Positions 51,201 through 59,500 of a DNA stretch of 64,000 bases are shown one piece after another. The position numbers were made by a program, and so were the translations under genes. Source of the DNA: a virus; the IMG/VR virus record IMGVR_UViG_3300010885_054390, positions 1-64,000 of that record, one strand, 5' to 3'. Below the pieces are notes generated by a model. The model was not told the DNA's origin. It did not search any database and saw only the letters and a list, made by a program, of their open reading frames with translations. How positions within the stretch are numbered: position 1 is the first letter of the stretch; each line of letters opens with the position of its first letter.

Positions 51201-53588
51201 AGGAGTGGCAGTTTCTTGAGGTTGGCCCTCTCCTTTTGTTTCGACGGGCGCGACTGCGGCTGTAGCTGTTGTTGCTGCTTTTTTTGAGCTTTTCTGGAAA
51301 ATTTTCTCAGCTTTTTGTTTTTCATCTAGCAAACTATTAATAGCCTTTAAATGCTCCTTTACAACAGGCGAGTCTTTTGAGAGCCCGCGAACCGCACGTT
51401 GCCAGTAATCCTTCGCTGAAAGAAGGGACTCCTCCAAGATTCCGGCCTTCTGTTTGTCCATGTCTTTTCTGTTTTGCCAAGTATCTTCTGTGGTGACTCC
51501 AATCTTTTTCCTTTGAATCAACTGGCGAACAAACTCGCTGTAAAGATTGTTGCCGCTAAGATTCTCGTCACCGTATTGAGCGCGGGTGTCGCGGATTTCT
51601 TTTTCTGTCATCTGCGAGGCACCCTTTTCACCAAACTCTTTTCTCCACTGGCTAAAGGAAGTTTTATTTGGGTCTACCTCTCCGCGATTGATGGCCTGCT
51701 GATAAAGGTTTGCCCTTGCCTTTGTCATGTCTGTGTCGTGAATCAACTCTTCTGCCATTGCAGATATTAGATACGTTTGTCGCCTTTTTTCGGCTAGCTG
51801 TGCGTTACCACCCTTTTCTCCCTTAACTTTTTGGTCAATGCCTGAAAGCTCTTGCTTGAGAAGATCTAGGTTTATTTGAACTGTATTTTCTTCATTGGTA
51901 TCAATAGAGAAAGCCCTGTTATTGTCAGAAAACTTAATTGTGATCGGCTTGTCTGGGTTTGCTCCGAGCACATTGTAAGCTTCCTTCATTGCCATCCCGG
52001 TAAGCCTTTTTGCGCGGTTAAACGCGGACTCTTTTTGGGTGTTGTCTAGGCCGCTATGTAGGCTGTCAAAAGACTCCCTATCAAAAGTAAATGGGTTGTT
52101 GGCTTGTTCCTGCTCATCCCCCATTAGCTTAGTCATCAAGTTACTTTGATTCCGGAAATCTTGCATGGCCAAAGCCATTGATGTCTTGGGCGCGAAGTTG
52201 CGAAGCCTTTCAGCGACTAAGTCCGCCCTAGAAGATCCTCTCGCTGCTGCGATAACCGGTGCTCCACCTCCGACCTCCAAAGCGCCCTCCATAGCGATTG
52301 CATTTGGGTCTGTAATGTCTCCGTAGGCCAACTGCTGGCTAAGCGCCTCTCCACCCATTCCGCCCGTAACCTCAGTTAAAAATAAACCGCCAGTTTCAGC
52401 TACCTTCCGAAGCCTGCTTACCCCTTTTAGGCCAGCCTTTACAGCGGTGCTCTCGAAGGCGGAGGATAGCCCAAAGGTGGCAAGAGCCGTTAGCCCGTCA
52501 ACAACGCCCACCGGAACGCCCTTTTCATTTGCGGCCTGCTTAACCTTGCCCATCAGCTCTTCGTTCTGCATTGCTGCGACAAGTTGCTCGGGGTCGTTTA
52601 CGTTAATCCCGTCAAAGCCGGGTGTGGGATCTTTTAAAGGCTCCTTGCCATTCTTTACCCGCTCAATGTTCTTAGCCCGAATATCCTTTTGAATCTCGCC
52701 ACTCAAAAGCCCCATTAACGTCCCCGAATATTCCAGCTCGTAGGAGCTCTTTCCTGTAGCGGTGGCTACGCCCGTCCTGAAGCCCTGCTTTGCGCCTTGA
52801 ATGGCCCCCGGAATCGCGCCCACACCGTCAAAGGCGACTCCCACCCCAGCACCAATTCCCGCCCCAGCAAGGGTCTGCCCCACAATGGCGTCTGCATTAG
52901 TGGCAATCTTTGGGGTAAGCATCGAGAGCTGCTCGACCATAGCCCCAGCAAAATTGGGTAGAACCGACTTCGACAAAAAGATGTCCCCAACTGTTTCCTT
53001 TGGCGGGGCCAGTTTTGAGATCTCTTCGTTTAAACGCTTAACATCTGAGGCGGCTTTTTCCATGCCGCTTTGATCTTTTTCAGCCGCAGCTTTTTCCAAG
53101 GCTTCGGTGGCCTCGGACAATTGGTACTGCTTAAATCCGTAGGTTCCGCGCTCAAAAAGTTCTGGGCCATTAAAAACGTATTTCTCCAAGACGTTTCTGT
53201 CGGGCCTGTCCAACTGGAAGGCCTTCTCAATCTGTTTAAACTGATCGTTAAGTTGTTTTCTGCCTGTTGCCGTTTGGAGGGCTCCCGTTGGCTCAACGGC
53301 TTGAAGAGTTTTTCCGCGCCAAGTGTCAAAGAGTTCTTTTTTCTTTTCGAAGTCAGCCTTATCAAAGTTTGAGGCTACCTGATAATCGTTCCAGCTTTGA
53401 GGCCCGTTTTGTTGAGCCGGCTCTGTCGCAACCTGTTCTGCTGGGACCTCTTGCGAGGCTTCTTCCGCTGTAGCTAGCGATGAAAGTTTTTGATTTATCT
53501 CCGGTGTAAGCTTGTCGAGCTCTTCTTGAGTTATGTCTTCGGGGAGGTCAAGGTTCACTTGCCCCCTACCGGGGATGTCTACTAACAT
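42201..53588 (-). CDS. Large polyvalent ejection/internal virion protein (zincin-like, sigma-like, HDxxGH, ART-like and LPD38-like modules)
   Basis: 3795 aa; last of three ejection-type genes. EELIH; RAIHDLFGH...GEENAW...ETRGQNSW; FKDWFGNSK...VVFNADQLK; C-terminal NFTKKG...YLFFNASLQG...LPLPYGYN. Confidence 0.8.
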   Translation of the reverse strand: MLVDIPGRGQVNLDLPEDITQEELDKLTPEINQKLSSLATAEEASQEVPAEQVATEPAQQNGPQSWNDYQVASNFDKADFEKKKELFDTWRGKTLQAVEPTGALQTATGRKQLNDQFKQIEKAFQLDRPDRNVLEKYVFNGPELFERGTYGFKQYQLSEATEALEKAAAEKDQSGMEKAASDVKRLNEEISKLAPPKETVGDIFLSKSVLPNFAGAMVEQLSMLTPKIATNADAIVGQTLAGAGIGAGVGVAFDGVGAIPGAIQGAKQGFRTGVATATGKSSYELEYSGTLMGLLSGEIQKDIRAKNIERVKNGKEPLKDPTPGFDGINVNDPEQLVAAMQNEELMGKVKQAANEKGVPVGVVDGLTALATFGLSSAFESTAVKAGLKGVSRLRKVAETGGLFLTEVTGGMGGEALSQQLAYGDITDPNAIAMEGALEVGGGAPVIAAARGSSRADLVAERLRNFAPKTSMALAMQDFRNQSNLMTKLMGDEQEQANNPFTFDRESFDSLHSGLDNTQKESAFNRAKRLTGMAMKEAYNVLGANPDKPITIKFSDNNRAFSIDTNEENTVQINLDLLKQELSGIDQKVKGEKGGNAQLAEKRRQTYLISAMAEELIHDTDMTKARANLYQQAINRGEVDPNKTSFSQWRKEFGEKGASQMTEKEIRDTRAQYGDENLSGNNLYSEFVRQLIQRKKIGVTTEDTWQNRKDMDKQKAGILEESLLSAKDYWQRAVRGLSKDSPVVKEHLKAINSLLDEKQKAEKIFQKSSKKAATTATAAVAPVETKGEGQPQETATPLETLQPDASTQGSEAVPATLEPQQPSRLATLQAKFDETSNKIAEIEASPVPDEVELEQDRYRQLDALNVVRDNIRKEIEAEKIKAPAPKAKATPVPKPAKKETPAKVNPSSLKRFQARGKYGSVRLVFPDQNSADAYDSGRRRDGKDRKKDSATLQKRETTIRNLVAKKILGDPVQASQKLTEYRQMIRDSIVKAKEGDEVPIPSFEAFVGKSKPQEQKAQMPDEPTLSIPEDEETLGAAPVTRETPRGQEAAQGQYFNSIDVTVNSKMGEDVNPNADKILDSLINDPEMVNETVKYFAGYIRNNPVFKFELERMGIKTPSEVANEALIYLMTASRETNFPENGSKEEQKTAVFRSIKNKLSRLISTELEQKLKKGPSDKTETPIQQQVDEQSDPQMEEDVTPQIDASVEDQATVLPDEDPNAPTFTDSMDESQKVASINPETGQAKTAVTANWGDRLGEQVPDTIESQEVPEYTDAAFDENGQAVLSVEPEILDKISRESKESVGQKLNKIIAEAPFTGAEKEIFDNVFRGNLQAKFNPYSQKIEITGYFESEKDATRTRNLSSGEKKRRQRARERVEKWMSETLRPSMIKEIGTLRFANASPGILKKLGLKRYRLGDVLGAAKITPEPNTKAIDKLPDFDPYWMGPKGEIIPVESSAIRYEGMDSMDSHAGEMIMWLQENEPEIYKDLQQKYGYSLGKNVNNEMFSRGWLRMTNDGNNILLEGKPGRDQIDLLIQKAISLELGVVHDRWPAKSKTLFKPLTPGQISNVVGEMDIFGAAKVAVAAMRDRNFKSLKNADNLAETRFAKRGKNLMKLASIFGYNITDPTNTVGGWDNPDVGLQLEPSVVFTLPEGDPKPLAALLASNPFSTPEVQRAVYIFDTNVTNPTDVEHEIVFKDRSGLNKFVANARKLGFEDGFGIDTASNTLYLGVQQNEQTQDRITKFFEAYKGLIKEARSELGQIQVIEQQDYSGLLEQLGNRLQDIPDDFTKGLAAYHLGVSRAAIGGGSVGESASPQANRRVRGWSKAQSSARLLRQAKEASRRGPIMVDHIWVPVRKEEATKIAEAYENLPDFDPSEEVKKAYESLASEIEEQWKFATEKMGMRFEPWTKEGQPYETSSEMRKDVRSNNRLFYFTGGESHPYLGKRDENGVSLNEKLRAIHDLFGHAAEGYGFGPRGEENAWIKHSQMFSDNAQRALTTETRGQNSWFNFGPHRYSLLNSDIKSEKGTAPYAKQKVALLPEEFTKWQRIPEVELVIMAKTYAKRSAPEYDPITGKRLPGMTAQEIELLPEMMYPEKKLNYSGVKKDDEKYLAEQKRLAEIRRNEPAPWEVEAPKQDTTIGAASPSQQLLRSVAGFNFPLRRMKGFQKMSFARKMESENYWTDVNEKNRTLQNVISDFSVFENNTAVLDFWNDLLGSFSASTKESFQTNLLRAINASSENKDRVLAATASMFKVPLMRTKAGEAFVMMPGVGGNLALMESNGKFTYVETAKLSPDEGYMAANRLDANKFASGRLPQVPKNGTAERVLFDDAYKKLAEAYRFNGSPEILKDAASFVAKYVPSEDLVRFLQTANGATFEDAKEIVYGDRLHAARITPIEPSEIELTEIGATTFNPENPVSGLMTAKGALIEGGNFDSISETELFSKKDLSNFKKNWLQVEVSDAGLKVTGPKEPTDEQQMQLAKVVGYAKKPVFLNGKAFDYKKAIRKNAFIDSFVRRIEESYLEADDQIDENGNYRVGLLDNPDFRRRNYDLFKQIEKFRNSAEAFNNTMEKVVADFQEEGLDRGTFDRLRTIFKGDSVPALTAVLTHEVFPSISPASRDFIASRLPYFLKATPDSEVLNLVTKLKEFKDWFGNSKVTRPDGSPAVQYYVATSDIRAPNTLSTPGGALTYSRDQVRADDVQFSVAQAYQKDGKPRMKTPVFVRAENPLRMASVPEHVFDGSVFIKEAIVPMLSKAIADQTGMKLSEVSERIKTTADAIEEQSYPHLADSTAFANTFFQGVLKGFGFDSIELGEANTDDKAQNSRFVVFNADQLKLANGLNSDFTSSPDILGAAPIGGFKYQPENKVFFDESKVPFLPRFARELLGKYVTNADKILGLRRFWQDRFIDLKKIQESIEKQIGEPLPDSLNAYQLEELYHGKVGARLTDFNENIVEPILQKLRSSGISTAEIEEFMYALHAKERNARIRLINPMPPEPYFPGEDATPEELAKYNKAKKNKEYIEQLHERGSGMTDAEADDLIAKYKADDRATQLEESRQMIRQMIDGALRQRLDEGLISRPLFEALTDRYKDYVPLKGIPGATAEEIATSGQATGKGFNIRGEEVKPTLGRLSRAENILAYAMNSAAAGIVRAEKNVLGNALYELVQAYPDSDLWEIAKPQTVRRLVTRKDPESGEAFQYARDFIDPTWMNQDDIFATKINGETKFIRIKNPDLVRNLKNGGINSENWSSKVVGALATFNRLLSITRTGLSPEFFFTNPIRDLQTAAFNLSAEQYKDLSGRVVKSVLSLKPLRTSLAEEFNPNSTQDEWGDSYRAFLKAGGKLIGWVTGDIETQIKDIQKIVDGKDPNSAQKFLKASSNWIEKMNGGVENATRLAVFHHARELGATDQQAAAIARNATVNFTKKGEAGPVFNSIYLFFNASLQGSARLVQSVATSPKVRKLAVGAVTSGLLASMFNEASGGDDEDGESFWSKVPEFKKRTNIIIMLPGTKGRYVSLPLPYGYNTFWHTGNILSDLVLGKKTNGNTAVRMAETLMESFNPIGGARNLLSSLTPTVFQPLTDIYLNQDWAGRPITPSDFPGDASPTPASEKYFNSVTPAFKHLTKFMNEISGGNEVREGALSFSPEYMDYFAGYLTGAVGSTILRVASLPEKILNPNESLGLNDIPILRRFVGEQPSYADYERFSAIRQAAYTAIEEQKLLGGRGDTEGAQKASEKYAAEINVYPIVRSASGQLQKVKQQLKAIQKQSEEGGDDRSAEIKALKDRQKEIIMGVSKAYNEELSRQKN

Positions 53589-53594
53589 GACGTT

Positions 53595-55295
53595 TTATCC
53601 CACTCCGTAACCTTCAAGGGTAACGTCTACCATTCTAACTCCCTTTCGAGTAGTAACTTTTCTAAAAACTTTTCCGTCGATAACTTGCAGGTTGGGGTCG
53701 TTAGCAATCTTCACATCACTAGGATTAGAGAAACCGCTTGGGCTATACAATATTTTTCCTTTAGTTGAGCCAAGATCATTTGTTTCCTTTTTTGGGGTTG
53801 GCCTTACGGGAGCTACTGCATCTTGGCCCGCCTCAACTGCAACTACTGTTCCGTCTTCCTTGCGAACAAACTTTAATGAAGGAGTAGTGGAGCTGCTTGA
53901 TTTTTTGGGGGCCGGCTGTTGTTGTGGTGCGGGAGTTGCTGGCTGGGCCTGTTGTTGCTTCGGTGCTGGCGCACCCGAAATTACATTCGGAACCGCTCCC
54001 CCGGTCTTCTTGGCTCCCTTTGCTGCCATAATCCGCTCGTAGCCGACTGTCTTTGGCAGGTTCGGATTAGAGTTTAGTTTATCAACGTAGTCGCTTTCGT
54101 ACGAAGCAAGTTTTCCCTCAAGTTGTTTTTCGGTTACCGCTACTTGAGTTTTTGGGTCTGTATAGGTAGTCACGCCTGCTGACTTCATTGCTGCGAGCTG
54201 TGCGTTTACTTCCGATATATTTTTTTCAATATCGTCTAAGCTTTTTTTATCTTCAATGGCCATCTTTCCGGCAAAGCTTTCTCCCGTGGATACGCCAGTC
54301 GGAACTGTTCCCTCAACTTCAACACCTTTCGGGCCAGTAGTAATTTTGGAAGTCTTGATTCCGACGGCCATGTTATTAGACACTCCTTCACGAAGCAGTT
54401 TTCTTTGTTTAAACGTATCGGGATTAAACTGGCTGGCCTCGTAAACAAGTTGCCCAATTTCCTCTGGATCTGGCTTGTTGTGATCCATGTTCAGGAAATA
54501 CTTTTGCATTTTGTTCTTAAGCATAAATGCTTTTTCAAATTCTTGCTGACTCATGTCTTCTCGGAAGCTTAGGGCGGCATTAAGGTTCATTCTTGAATCG
54601 GAAAACTCTTTAATCGTTGATTCTTTGGCCTGATACAAATCTGTTGCTCGCGCTTCTTTTCTTGCGTCATCCAAAACTTTTTCAAAGGCAGAAGACATTT
54701 CCGGACTGTATCGGGTTTGACCGGTTGCGTCAGTAAATTGAGACATTGACGGATCGGCCCTCATTGTTTCCAATTCTTTATAGGCAAGAGCTCCGTCTTC
54801 ACCTCCGCTTTTAACTCGCGCTACCAAAGAGCCGAGTCTGTCCTTAAAGTCCATTAGCTTTGGCGTTCCAACTCTTGCGGCTGCGTATTGGTCGACCGCC
54901 TCTGCTGTTTTTAAAGAGTTTAGCTGAGACTGGTTGCGAAGATTCTCGGTTGCAACCACTTGCTGGGTGTAGCTTTGAGCAGTTTTGAGGGCTTCGATCT
55001 GACGAAGGTTCGCGAAGAAGTTATTCCCACTTCCGTCGTTTACTGGATACAGAATGTTGTTTATACGATCTTCTTCCGCTGATCTGCGAATATCCTGCAT
55101 TTGCTTCATTGCTTGGAGCTGTTGCATTTGATTCTGTTGATAAGCGCCCTGAAGCTGGACGGCTCCAAGGGTAGACTGGTTTTGACGAATTTGCTGATCG
55201 GTATAAAGATTCGGATCTCCGTACTTGTCCCACCCTTGTTCGCGAAGTCGGAAAGCTTCTTGTAAAAATCCTGAGTTGAAGTTAGCGTCTGGCAT
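53595..55295 (-). CDS. Internal virion/ejection protein
   Basis: Q-rich helical 566 aa between the pilot-like and giant genes. Confidence 0.55.
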   Translation of the reverse strand: MPDANFNSGFLQEAFRLREQGWDKYGDPNLYTDQQIRQNQSTLGAVQLQGAYQQNQMQQLQAMKQMQDIRRSAEEDRINNILYPVNDGSGNNFFANLRQIEALKTAQSYTQQVVATENLRNQSQLNSLKTAEAVDQYAAARVGTPKLMDFKDRLGSLVARVKSGGEDGALAYKELETMRADPSMSQFTDATGQTRYSPEMSSAFEKVLDDARKEARATDLYQAKESTIKEFSDSRMNLNAALSFREDMSQQEFEKAFMLKNKMQKYFLNMDHNKPDPEEIGQLVYEASQFNPDTFKQRKLLREGVSNNMAVGIKTSKITTGPKGVEVEGTVPTGVSTGESFAGKMAIEDKKSLDDIEKNISEVNAQLAAMKSAGVTTYTDPKTQVAVTEKQLEGKLASYESDYVDKLNSNPNLPKTVGYERIMAAKGAKKTGGAVPNVISGAPAPKQQQAQPATPAPQQQPAPKKSSSSTTPSLKFVRKEDGTVVAVEAGQDAVAPVRPTPKKETNDLGSTKGKILYSPSGFSNPSDVKIANDPNLQVIDGKVFRKVTTRKGVRMVDVTLEGYGVG

Positions 55296-55307
55296 AATTA
55301 AAACCCT

Positions 55308-56513
55308 TTAGTTGGCCCCGCCGAACAAAGAGCCGGCGAGAGATCTACTACTTGTACCGAACATTCCACCCAAAAAATCTCCGTAGGCGCTGAACATATT
55401 GCCCATATTTGCAGACTTTCTTGACCCACCCAAGCCACCCGCTGATCCGTAATAACCTGAAAGTCCCGGGTCGTAATAGTTCCCGCCAGTCCCGCCCCCT
55501 TGAGTCCCAACAAATACTGGCATTGTAGAAGCTCCCGTCGGGGCTGTGGTCAGATACTTTTGCTGATTGCCTGCAATCATTGTTGGGTTTGAGGCCGCAA
55601 CCGAAGTAGGCACTATATTTGCATTCGACATTGCCTGCATATTAGGCCCAGCTCCTAGCATTTGGTAAGTTGGATTCTGAAACTGAGGCATAGACATCAT
55701 TTGCTGCGGGGCAGCGTTTGTTCCACCTCCGTAGCCACCGTACCCGCCGCCAGCGCTTCCAAGTCCAGTGGAGCCGCCCATTCCCAAAGCGTTTAAACCT
55801 TGCTGTGCCATTCCGCCTGCGAGTCCACCGGCAAACATATTTGCGGCTCCGCTAATTGCATTAAATGGAGCTGTTACAACCGAACTTACCATATTAAATG
55901 GAGCCGATACAATTGATCCGATGGTATTGCTAACCAAGTTCTCAAAGGGGCTCTTGAGCTGAGAGTTGTAGTACGCAATCTGCTTGTTCTGATTATTAAT
56001 GTTATTGTTGTAGTAAGTCTCTTGGTCAATTCGGTTAGCCAAAGTCCCAAAGTCTACGCGATACTGGGAGCCGGAACCCTCGGGCGTTAGAGCCCTGCCA
56101 AAATCTAACATTTGACTTGTATAGTTTTGGCCCTGCTGTTGAAGGTTTAAACGTTGTAGGCCTAAGTTTTGGAGCAAGTCAAACTGCGTCATTTCTCCGG
56201 CAGCCGTACCTCTTCCGCTTAGCCCAGCGTAAGCGGCATCTTTTTGAAGTCCGTACAAAGTGTCGGCTGGTAGTTCCCCTTTTTGGAAGGATTGAGCTAT
56301 TTCGCCAAACCGGCCCATGTTAGATTCCAGACCGGGAACCGCACTATAGACGTTACTTTGGTAGGCTTTGTTAAAGTCATCGGCAAGCTTTTGATACCTA
56401 CCCCAAGGTTGGGCCAAGTATTCGCTGTTTATAAGGTCTGAATTTGGTCGTATTTGAACGGGGCTGTACGACGGCATTGAAGGCGGTTTACTGAAAAAGT
56501 CAAAAAAGCCCAT
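55308..56513 (-). CDS. Gly-rich DNA pilot/ejection protein
   Basis: MGFFDFF start, G/Q/M-rich with amphipathic segments; TTGACT promoter upstream. Confidence 0.55.
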   Translation of the reverse strand: MGFFDFFSKPPSMPSYSPVQIRPNSDLINSEYLAQPWGRYQKLADDFNKAYQSNVYSAVPGLESNMGRFGEIAQSFQKGELPADTLYGLQKDAAYAGLSGRGTAAGEMTQFDLLQNLGLQRLNLQQQGQNYTSQMLDFGRALTPEGSGSQYRVDFGTLANRIDQETYYNNNINNQNKQIAYYNSQLKSPFENLVSNTIGSIVSAPFNMVSSVVTAPFNAISGAANMFAGGLAGGMAQQGLNALGMGGSTGLGSAGGGYGGYGGGTNAAPQQMMSMPQFQNPTYQMLGAGPNMQAMSNANIVPTSVAASNPTMIAGNQQKYLTTAPTGASTMPVFVGTQGGGTGGNYYDPGLSGYYGSAGGLGGSRKSANMGNMFSAYGDFLGGMFGTSSRSLAGSLFGGAN

Positions 56514-56559
56514 ATAGGTATTTCTATGTTAAGGTTTTATCGAGTCAATTCGCATTTGT

Positions 56560-59500
56560 TTAAATGGGGGTACCCCAGTTTAGGCCGCTAAATGTACCCG
56601 TGCGAAGGGAGCTGAAGAGAGTTCCGAGCTGAGCGGAGTTCATTACGTCATCTACCTGCCCCACCATCGCTATGTCCATTGGGCAGGCCACCCTAAATTT
56701 TTCGTAACTATATGGCACATAAACGTTATTGACGTATCCGTTGTACCATCCGTTTTGCAAATTATATATTGTGTCGTTATTGTGAGTTAACCCTACGCCA
56801 AGCCTTCTCCCAAATCGGTTTGAGTAAGACCCTCTCTTTTTTGTGGCGCGGATTATCTTTAGACTGTTTGATCCCGGCGTAAGCGAGACCACACCGCTTG
56901 TCCCGACACCCGCATAAAAATTTATTGTTGTGGGTCGCATATTGTCAATGCTTGAGCTTGTAGGCAAGTACGCACCATATCCTGCCGGATAAGCATTTGG
57001 CGTAAGGGTAGACGTGTAGCTAGCGTCCATATCTGAATTTGAAATTAGATTATTCGAAGCATCCCGAGTCTCAAAGGTAAATGCTAAGAAATAAAATAAA
57101 CCCGGAGCCAATGTTTTTGTTAAAGCTAATTCTTGTGAGAAGCCAAGTTTTCTTGTTGGTGCACTATATTTTACACCCCAAGAAGTTGTGTCGCACAGCT
57201 CATTCCAAGGGCCGGGATTTGTGAAATAAAGTGTTCTGTTGGAATTATCAAAGCCTTTGGTGTAAAGTAGCCACCCCAAACCGTTGTCGGTGTAGTAATT
57301 TGTGCTTGCGCCCCCAAACGGCAGAGTGCTTATTGTTTCCCAATCCGCACCTTGTGAGGCAATTACTTGTGGCGTAGTGGCTCCTGAAATTGCATCGGGT
57401 TGCGTCTCGGCCCAGTCTGGCCGAATTCTAAAAACCATAAAAAAGGTTGCCGCGTTAGTTGGCATGAGGGTGTCGGTGTCTAGATCCGTATTAGACGTAT
57501 TTTGATAAGCACCGATCCCATTGTATGCGCTTCGAAAAGGTTGACTTGGGGTAATCGAGCGATCCTCTTTTGTGTAGTATGTAAAAGTTGAGGAGGGCAT
57601 AGTTTCGTAGTACGCGTTTAAACTTACATTTGACGCCTCATTCGCATTCTTTGATAGCCTATTTGACGCCATCCAGTATTCTTTAGTCGGCATAACATTC
57701 GCATATTGGTTAGCATAGTTAGTTGAAAAATTTCTAATTAAAGGCTGAAACAATTCCCCAAAAAACACATTTGTTGTGTTGGTGGAGCTTTTCCAATCCC
57801 CGCCTTTTTGAAAAGTAAATGTATTTCCTGTTGTGTAAAATTTATCTAAGGATACAATTGCTGTTTGCGTTAGCTCCGTTTGCTTGCTGATAAAGCTTTG
57901 TTCGTACCGAAAGACTTGATCTTCTAAGGAAACTGCTGGCAAATAGCAAGTCTCTCCGCCTACCTTTAATTGAAAAAGATGCGTTAGATCTTTTTCTTTA
58001 TTGAAGTATTGATAGTAAGGGCTGGCTGTTGAGGCTCCCGACAAAGATGTTGGGTATTGTGATAGTACTGCGGTTGTGTTGAAATTAATTTGCTGCCTTA
58101 CTTCCAAAGATCCATTGACTTGCACTTGGCCGGGAAACGAAAGCCCCAATACAACATCTGCTGCATTTGATGTGGTTCTATTCCAAAAAGACTTTGTGGA
58201 GGTACTTAAAATATTTCCCCTTGAAAAAGAAGGTGATTTCGGAGTTGCAAAGCCGCGAATAAATTGCCTTGCTGTAAATACCTTTGAAGACCCCTTTAGG
58301 GATGAGGAAGCAAAATTAGTTATAAATGCCGCCTGCCGATAACCCCATCCGCCCAATGGTGAGTCAAAATAATAATTTGCCATAATATAATCTTGCTCGT
58401 TTTTTCCGTATAAATAAAAGCCTTTTCTAGAACCTACGTTATAAGTATCCCCAACAATCATGTCCGTATAGTGATCTACTACAGAGTTGTTGCCGGTGCG
58501 TAAAAAAGTCATAGAAACGGCATCCCCCGAAGAGAATTGAGTTGTATAAAAAGGCTCGATAGAAATTTCTATTGAAGGAGTTGTAAAGGTAGAGGTTGTG
58601 GGTGAAGCAGATGAAAAGTTATTGTAAGTTATAGTTCTTGTTTTTCTGTTCACCGAAAGAACGGAATAAGCTCCCGCAAAGTCCGACAGAGAACCCGTAG
58701 CGCGAACAACAAGGGGCTGATTTTTAACAACTCTTTCGTCAGAAATATCGGTTGAAGCTAAGTCGACGTTCCCCAACCAATTAGTGCCGTCCTTTAAAAC
58801 AATAGTTGTTACATTACTGGTTCTTTTAATTGAGGCTATATCCGACGAACCAATAACATAATTTGTTACACATATAAACTTTCGCTCCTGCTTTTTTATG
58901 ATTGTGCAGCTCACATTCTGAGCGCTTGCGGCTAGCAACGAAGCAAAAGTATCCCCTGATCCGCGACACATTTTGAGAACATAAGCAAATCTGCCGCTCC
59001 CGGTATCTGTTTTTCTAAATTCGCCGGAGTAATCTTCTGTAGCATAAAACGGCCCAGCAATTTGCATATCAGAACGTTTTTTTGTGACTCCGCCGACCCC
59101 GTTTACAGCCCCCTCAACCCATTGAATAGTGACGACGTCAAAATCGTAAATAGCTTCTGCGGGACCAGTTTTAGTTTCGGGCCTATAAATTCCGTTGCCT
59201 AATGAAATGTAGTTTGAATATCCATTTGAAGTTCCTAAGTCAAGCAGGCACTCAGTAGCTGATATTGGCGTAAATTTAATTGGGTCTTTGACAAATGTGG
59301 AGAGCTGATTGCCGTTGGCGTCGTATTGATACAATAGTTTTTCTTTTAATTGCAGGTCGGAAAGAGAGCCATTGGCGGGCATAATCATAGCGACTGTTGA
59401 TTTTGCAATTGAGCTAGGGAAAAGGGAAGACAGCAAATTTTTGATTGCTGTTATTTTTACCTGAAATGCGTCAATTTGAGCTTGAAGAGCAGAGCGAATG

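Noticed and set aside
43400-51975. VLGANP, EIGATT and ELGATD as further polyprotein sites
   Set aside because: Only partial matches to the GAA consensus. LGATD lies inside the conserved C-terminal domain; IGAT (46377-46388) stays ambiguous.
42201-53588. N4/crAss-type virion RNA polymerase
   Set aside because: I could not find a DFDxD or single-subunit RNAP catalytic motif; the domain content is that of a polyvalent protein.
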